Below the pieces are notes generated by a model, which ran no database searches, was not told the DNA's origin, and saw only the letters and a list, made by a program, of their open reading frames with translations. 64,000 bases of DNA, taken from the NCBI GenBank assembly GCA_003173895.1, contig PJMG01000002.1, forward strand, positions 26,974 through 90,973. Direction: 5' to 3'. The translations under genes were made by a program, and so were the position numbers. Positions 58,988 to 64,000 of the stretch are shown one piece after another (the stretch's first letter is position 1; every line of letters starts with the position of its first letter). This stretch comes from Candidatus Levyibacteriota bacterium. GTDB taxonomy: Bacteria; Patescibacteriota; Microgenomatia; Levybacterales; UBA12049.

Positions 58988-60124
58988 ATGCCCGAACAAG
59001 AAGGCCACCAACCAATTCCCGAAGCTCCCACCGATGCAGAAATTAACCAATTTAATACTATATCTCGTAAAATCACTGCATATATGGAATACCAAATGTC
59101 TCAAGGACAAACACCACATTTACCATCTGGATTAGATCCTGTAGTGGTTAGGCATTTAGTTGAAATGTGGGCTCCAACCGGCGCCCCAGCAGTGGCTTTC
59201 GCTGATGTAGTAAGGGATTTAACAGAAAAAGAAGAACATAGATTTCAGCTTATTAATGATAGTAAAGAAATTTTTGATAGAATAGCTCGTGGTGTTGAGG
59301 CAATTGTTTTAAGTCATGGTACATCTTTAGAAGCAGTTCAGGGTATTAATACAGATGAAATAGATACATCTAGAGGACCAGCTCCCAGAAAGATAGCTGG
59401 TTTTTCTTTACCGGGTCAAAAAGCTAGAGAGCGTGAAGCAGAGAATTATAGATTATTAAGATGGGAAATAGCTCCATTTCATACAGATGGACGTGAATTA
59501 CCTCAATTACAACGTATTCACTATATACGTGATGCGTCTGCTAAAGAATTTGATATTACAGAATATGAATTCCAATTAATAGATCAGGTAACTTCTGAAG
59601 GTGGTAAAAAAGCAAAGGAAGAAATTCAAGATGGGCCAATTTTTGCACTAGAATTTGATCCAGCAACCCATGAAATCAACGGAATTAAAATTTCTTGGAA
59701 ACAGATAACTCGAAATTTAGCTCTGAGTTCTCCTGATCTTTTTCTATCTATAATAAAAGCTAAAAGCCCTGCTCTATCTAATCTTATTGATCGTACTATG
59801 ATAAAACCAGAGCTACTTGCAGGAGTAACAGATGTAGACTACACTTTACAAATTGATTTAGGAAACAGTGCTTTAGGAAGATCACCATCTATTAATTTTG
59901 TAACAAAATATTTACAGATAAGCGGTAGCCCCCAAACTGAGATAACAAGGCATAATGTAGAAAATAAAAATCAGTATACTTATACTTCTGACTCTGGAAA
60001 AGAAGGATCATTCCAATTGAGAGGAAAAGGACCAGAAGAAAGTATCTCTGAGGCTGAATATATAAATATACTTAGAGGAGTAAGAGATATGATGCCTGTA
60101 GATAAAATTCGTCAAGCTAGTTAA
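58988..60124 (+). CDS. Hypothetical protein (378 aa)
   Basis: Intact ORF with no recognisable motif. It is convergent with the NTase gene at 60128-60769. Confidence 0.3.
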   Translation: MPEQEGHQPIPEAPTDAEINQFNTISRKITAYMEYQMSQGQTPHLPSGLDPVVVRHLVEMWAPTGAPAVAFADVVRDLTEKEEHRFQLINDSKEIFDRIARGVEAIVLSHGTSLEAVQGINTDEIDTSRGPAPRKIAGFSLPGQKAREREAENYRLLRWEIAPFHTDGRELPQLQRIHYIRDASAKEFDITEYEFQLIDQVTSEGGKKAKEEIQDGPIFALEFDPATHEINGIKISWKQITRNLALSSPDLFLSIIKAKSPALSNLIDRTMIKPELLAGVTDVDYTLQIDLGNSALGRSPSINFVTKYLQISGSPQTEITRHNVENKNQYTYTSDSGKEGSFQLRGKGPEESISEAEYINILRGVRDMMPVDKIRQAS

Positions 60125-60127
60125 AAA

Positions 60128-60769
60128 TTACTTAGAAACCATTAGAGAACCCATTTCATGATCTGGTATAACATATTTTGGAGCATTACCATTTCTATAG
60201 ATTCCATAATCATCATATGGAACTGTTCCTCTTATTAGAGTACCCGTTTGCATCATATGCTTACTAACATCATCTCTAATATCTCGATTAAAAATACCTC
60301 TTTGCCCATGGAAAAAATGTACCTCTATACCTGGACCATTACCGTAATTATCTTTCAACAAATCAAAAAAACCTAGCTGTTTTGCTTGTCCCCAGATATA
60401 GTCTGAAAGATCAGCAGGATGATGAGCAGGAATATCGTGCTTACCTATTTTAGTAATAGCGTTATGTACAAATAATAAATCTATATCCGAAGCTAATTGT
60501 CCGTCTTCTTTAAATCTTGGCATTTTACCTTCATAAGATAGTGAACCACCAAGAATAACACCTCCAATACCTTCCGGTAATGACATCATTTGAACAAATT
60601 CATTTAACCTATTTAGTGTATTTATACAAACCTGTCTTTCTTGTTCTTTTCCCTCAAATCTAGGGTCAGTTCTGTATCTTTCTATTAAAGTTTGGAAATC
60701 AGGGTGCATTTGTATTTCTGGCTTAGGAGAATTTTCCGTTTGTAATTCCGCAGACATAAAAGAATCCAT
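60128..60769 (-). CDS. Polymerase-beta-fold nucleotidyltransferase (NTP_transf_2-like) protein
   Basis: GGVILGGSLSYEGKMPRFKEDGQLASDIDLLFV fits the hG[GS]...[DE]h[DE]h NTase signature, with an insertion. Confidence 0.5.
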   Translation of the reverse strand: MDSFMSAELQTENSPKPEIQMHPDFQTLIERYRTDPRFEGKEQERQVCINTLNRLNEFVQMMSLPEGIGGVILGGSLSYEGKMPRFKEDGQLASDIDLLFVHNAITKIGKHDIPAHHPADLSDYIWGQAKQLGFFDLLKDNYGNGPGIEVHFFHGQRGIFNRDIRDDVSKHMMQTGTLIRGTVPYDDYGIYRNGNAPKYVIPDHEMGSLMVSK

Positions 60770-60832
60770 AATTTTAAATTAATAAATTCAATTTTAATTG
60801 TCAAGCTAGTTAAGTTTTTATATGAAATAATT

Positions 60833-62668
60833 TTACGCGGCAACTAAAAGTTTTGGTCTATAATGCTGAACTATTTCTTTAACATTTTCATATCCACCTT
60901 GATCTAAAACCGCAGCATACATCAGCTTATCTAACCAACCTTCATCTTCTTGTCCTAAAACACCAATTAATTGTTCTGTTTGCGTATGTATATTTTCTTC
61001 TCGATTATTATCTGAATGAGATTCCATATATTCATTTAACATTTGTATTACTTCATCTCTAGTTCTTAGTTTCCCTGACATAAATAAAGCTTCTGCCCAA
61101 ATTCCTGCTACTCTACGGGATTTATCATCGAGAGCATTTAACTCTAAGTTATGTTTAAACCATCTTATGTCATTTATTAACTGTAATGCCTTTTCTTCAC
61201 TATATTCATGCTTTATATCTTCGATGTACTTATTAAACCTTTGTGTATGTGTAAGACCAAAATGTCCTTCCACGAGTCCTAGATTTATATCAATATCTAT
61301 ATGACCTGCTTTAAAGAATAGCACTATTTCTTCGCCTGAACATTTTAAATAATTAAATTGAACATTTTTAAATTTAGTTTCTAAAGCTTGAGTACAAGCT
61401 TCTATAGTAATAGCTACTTTAGGATCCATTTTCTTAATATCGTCAATATTTTTTATTTCATTTAATTTTCCTACTACTATACCTTCTGGAACTCCTTTGC
61501 GGTTACCGGCTTCATCAATGCGCATATATGTATCCACATTTTTCCAATCTAAGCCAGTTTCTGATAATGAGGGAATATTAGTTACTATAACATCACAATC
61601 TGCGACATTAGTATTATTATCTTTTCCATTATCGACAGCTACATTGGTACCACGATTAAATGAACCCATATCGTGAGCTTGGCCTGATGAAGTGGGATAT
61701 GCTTCAGCTATCTTAGGGCCTAAAAGATCAGTTATAGTTTTACTTAAGTCTTGTTGTCTTTTTATTTGCTCCCACGTCATTGCTACAATTCTATCTCTTC
61801 CTAAATCTAATAAAGATCTACCCTCCCTAGTTTTACAGCTTTTTATCATATTAAAAGCATCTAATACGCGGGCTTGTTTAGGGGAAACACGTGCATCCTT
61901 AGGAGTAGGAAGCATTTCATTATAAAAGTCCTTTATAGAATTGGGATATACATCTAAACTTTCGGGATTGAATATATCGGGATGAGCTACATCATTAAGT
62001 ATAGATAATGAGTAAGTAGCATCTGATAATTGTAGTAATATTTCTATAAATTTACTCTCATCTGCTGTTAATGGTTCTTTATTTTTAGGTAAAGTATCAA
62101 GCTTTCTAACTAAATATTCGAAAGTGTCATCTGGTCGCATATCTTTTAACTGTATAGTCTGTAAAATAGCTTGAGTTTCTAATAAGCTAGGATCGAACTC
62201 ATTAGCTAGTTTAGGAATATATTTATTTAAAATAGGAAACATATCTCTTATATCTACTCTTTCTAATAAATCAGCCATATTTATATTTTGAAGGCCTACA
62301 ATATCAGCAATTCTTTTTATATGATTTAAAACAGCCACTTCAGTATAACTTCGAGCAATTTCAAAATCTCTTTTTATGAAATTTTCTGAAGCTTCTTGCA
62401 TTATAGTTTCTGCTATATCTTTTATAGTTTCTACCTTATCTGGTTGATCTACTGTAAGCGCTATAGTATGGGCTATTGTATTAGCTAGCGCATGATCTAA
62501 AATAGTATTTTTTTCATTAAAATTATTAGTACTTTGTGCTTCTTTTCCTGATTGAATTAATTTATCTCTTAAATTTTGGAGTTGAGTTTCTTTAGAAACA
62601 GGAGTTACAGACTCAAGTGTAGCTGGAGAATTTAAAGCTTCTGCTGCTTCTGGCGTCATTGTGTCCAT
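60833..62668 (-). CDS. Large hypothetical protein (611 aa) with a C-terminal nucleotidyltransferase-fold domain (OAS/CD-NTase-like signature)
   Basis: GSFNRGTNV-(12-aa insert)-ADCDVIV resembles GSxxxGTxx...SDxDhhV. A later HIDIDINL segment is a candidate third acidic strand. The N-terminal 330 aa are helical and of unknown function. Confidence 0.4.
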   Translation of the reverse strand: MDTMTPEAAEALNSPATLESVTPVSKETQLQNLRDKLIQSGKEAQSTNNFNEKNTILDHALANTIAHTIALTVDQPDKVETIKDIAETIMQEASENFIKRDFEIARSYTEVAVLNHIKRIADIVGLQNINMADLLERVDIRDMFPILNKYIPKLANEFDPSLLETQAILQTIQLKDMRPDDTFEYLVRKLDTLPKNKEPLTADESKFIEILLQLSDATYSLSILNDVAHPDIFNPESLDVYPNSIKDFYNEMLPTPKDARVSPKQARVLDAFNMIKSCKTREGRSLLDLGRDRIVAMTWEQIKRQQDLSKTITDLLGPKIAEAYPTSSGQAHDMGSFNRGTNVAVDNGKDNNTNVADCDVIVTNIPSLSETGLDWKNVDTYMRIDEAGNRKGVPEGIVVGKLNEIKNIDDIKKMDPKVAITIEACTQALETKFKNVQFNYLKCSGEEIVLFFKAGHIDIDINLGLVEGHFGLTHTQRFNKYIEDIKHEYSEEKALQLINDIRWFKHNLELNALDDKSRRVAGIWAEALFMSGKLRTRDEVIQMLNEYMESHSDNNREENIHTQTEQLIGVLGQEDEGWLDKLMYAAVLDQGGYENVKEIVQHYRPKLLVAA

Positions 62669-62746
62669 ATATTAACACGACCTATAAGAATAGTCAAATA
62701 ACATAAATAGGCTCATTTTTAACAATATACTAAGCAAATATATATG

Positions 62747-63271
62747 TCAATCTAGCATTCCCTGAGCCTTACGCCTAGTACGATCTTTTTGGTAATATTC
62801 ATTAATATCCTGTACTAAATGTTTTAAACCAAGTTTATCTAAAGCATCTTCTTTTTTCATTCCTTTAGATTTTAACAACATATTTTTAATAGTTTCTATT
62901 TGAGTTATGTCTTGAATTAGCCCCATATTAATACATGTCTGGATTAAAAAATTAAAAATTGGAGAATCTGGTGTAATGTTTCTTACATCGGAGGAAACAA
63001 AATAATCTATACCGTCAACAGTAGTTGGTATTTCTCTATCTTTATTACTTTTCAAAGTTCTTACATGATATTTATAAGGTTCAAAAATTTTATCTGCGAA
63101 GAAAGTAGTGGGTAAAGGTGCTTCTTCATAAAGCATAATTTGATTTGAGCTTATTATGATCAAAGTATGATCTCCACTCATTAAAGTGGGTAATTCTTCT
63201 AAAGCTGATTCAGGAGAAACTGGTTTAGGCTCTTGGATTATTCGAGTACCTCTTTCCAATCTATTAATCAT
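62747..63271 (-). CDS. Hypothetical protein (174 aa) lying 4 bp downstream of dnaE
   Basis: ORF only. Tightly linked to dnaE. Confidence 0.25.
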   Translation of the reverse strand: MINRLERGTRIIQEPKPVSPESALEELPTLMSGDHTLIIISSNQIMLYEEAPLPTTFFADKIFEPYKYHVRTLKSNKDREIPTTVDGIDYFVSSDVRNITPDSPIFNFLIQTCINMGLIQDITQIETIKNMLLKSKGMKKEDALDKLGLKHLVQDINEYYQKDRTRRKAQGMLD

Positions 63272-63275
63272 AATT

Positions 63276-64000
63276 TTAATTAGCCTCCATTTTTTTAATT
63301 CTAGAAACGATAATTATTGGTCTTTCATCTTTAAAATCCAGTTTCCCTTCAACAATGACTATTTTATCTTTTATTAAATCATTTTTGTTCTCAGCGAAAG
63401 TTCTAGGAAACACTATACATTCTACCGTGAGTCCTCGCTCATTACTTATAGCTAAAAACGCCATTTCCTGATTACTCTTACGTGTCATAAATTTTTTAAC
63501 GCGATCTATCATTCCACCCACGACGATTAGAGTCCCATCTTTTTCATCAGATAAAATTTCCAACTCATGCGTAATATAGTTTTTCAGCTTGGTAATATAT
63601 TGCTCCTGTGGATGAGATGTGAGATAAATCCCCAGTAATTCTTTTTCAAAAGATAATTTTTCATTTTGAGTAAAATCTTCAACCTGATCCCATTTTTTAG
63701 ATACTTTTATTTCTGTATGTTTAGATTCTTCATCACCAAAAAGTGAACCCTGACCATCTGTTTTTTGTTTCCTGATTTTAGCTACACTTTCAACTATTTC
63801 TGGAAATGTAGAAAGCATAACTACTCTTTTACCAAATTTATCCATAGCACCTGCTTTAATCAAACTTTCCAGAGTTTTTTTATTTACTGCAGCACCTTCT
63901 AAACGGTTACAAAAATCTTCCAAACTTTTAAAATCTCCTTTTTCTTTCTCGATTAAAATAGAAGAAATAGCAGCAGTTCCTACATTCTTAATCGCAGATA
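63276..64000 (-). CDS. dnaE: DNA polymerase III alpha subunit, C-terminal part. The gene continues past the window end.
   Basis: The frame stays open to the window edge (...IKNVGTAAISSIL...). FCNRLEGAAVNKKTLESLIKAGAMDKFG matches the DnaE C-terminal region, and an OB-fold segment follows. Confidence 0.6.
   Translation of the reverse strand, partial: SAIKNVGTAAISSILIEKEKGDFKSLEDFCNRLEGAAVNKKTLESLIKAGAMDKFGKRVVMLSTFPEIVESVAKIRKQKTDGQGSLFGDEESKHTEIKVSKKWDQVEDFTQNEKLSFEKELLGIYLTSHPQEQYITKLKNYITHELEILSDEKDGTLIVVGGMIDRVKKFMTRKSNQEMAFLAISNERGLTVECIVFPRTFAENKNDLIKDKIVIVEGKLDFKDERPIIIVSRIKKMEAN

Noticed and set aside
60128-62668. Calling the two NTase-fold proteins a CBASS or HEPN/MNT system
   Set aside because: No effector, HEPN Rx4-6H motif, Cap2/Cap3 or cyclase partner could be recognised in the neighbours. 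Only the generic NTase fold is supported, so a specific system name would be over-interpretation.

Overview
This is an AT-rich, gene-dense bacterial chromosomal window read with the standard code; TGA acts as a stop at 16148-16150 and 23150-23152. No rRNA, CRISPR array, transposase or integrase was recognised. (1) 0.2-26.8 kb is a large, very AT-rich surface-glycan and glycosylation locus. It holds several GT4 and GT2 glycosyltransferases, a polyprenyl-phosphate (DPM1-like) GT2, an ABC-2 exporter pair, an acyltransferase-3, a hexapeptide acetyltransferase and a 1564-aa four-domain fusion protein. The fusion reads DPM1-like GT2, then a processive GT2 with D/DxD/TED/QxxRW motifs, then a 12-TM Wzx-like flippase domain, then a GT4 domain. 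The locus also has three tandem GT2 paralogs, a NodB/CE4 deacetylase, an SDR, three or four GT-C (PMT/ArnT-like) membrane proteins, two secreted GH-A-like hydrolases and an FN3 surface protein. (2) 26.8-35.3 kb encodes sugar-phosphate supply: phosphomannomutase, a HAD hydrolase, a stand-alone PMI-type cupin, an IMPase/FBPase-family protein and an SIS-domain protein. Next to these sit a PEP-utilising-enzyme homolog and an enolase homolog whose canonical catalytic residues appear substituted. (3) Housekeeping genes follow: rsmI, dedA, a divergent lexA-uvrB pair sharing a 17-bp perfect palindrome, yraN, rplS, pyrG, maf and tRNA-Thr(CGU). (4) 46.4-50.8 kb is a second mini glycan cluster with an Ig-like surface protein, a Wzy_C-like protein, a GT-C protein and a GT2. 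(5) 51.0-57.2 kb is a complete F1Fo ATP synthase operon, atpBEFHAGDC, on the minus strand with a very short delta subunit. (6) 57.2-63.3 kb is a run of hypothetical genes that includes a metallophosphoesterase and two polymerase-beta-fold nucleotidyltransferase proteins, lying downstream of the dnaE C-terminus that runs off the window edge. The short divergent core proteins, extreme AT richness and glycosyltransferase abundance resemble small-genome uncultivated lineages, but that is inference only.
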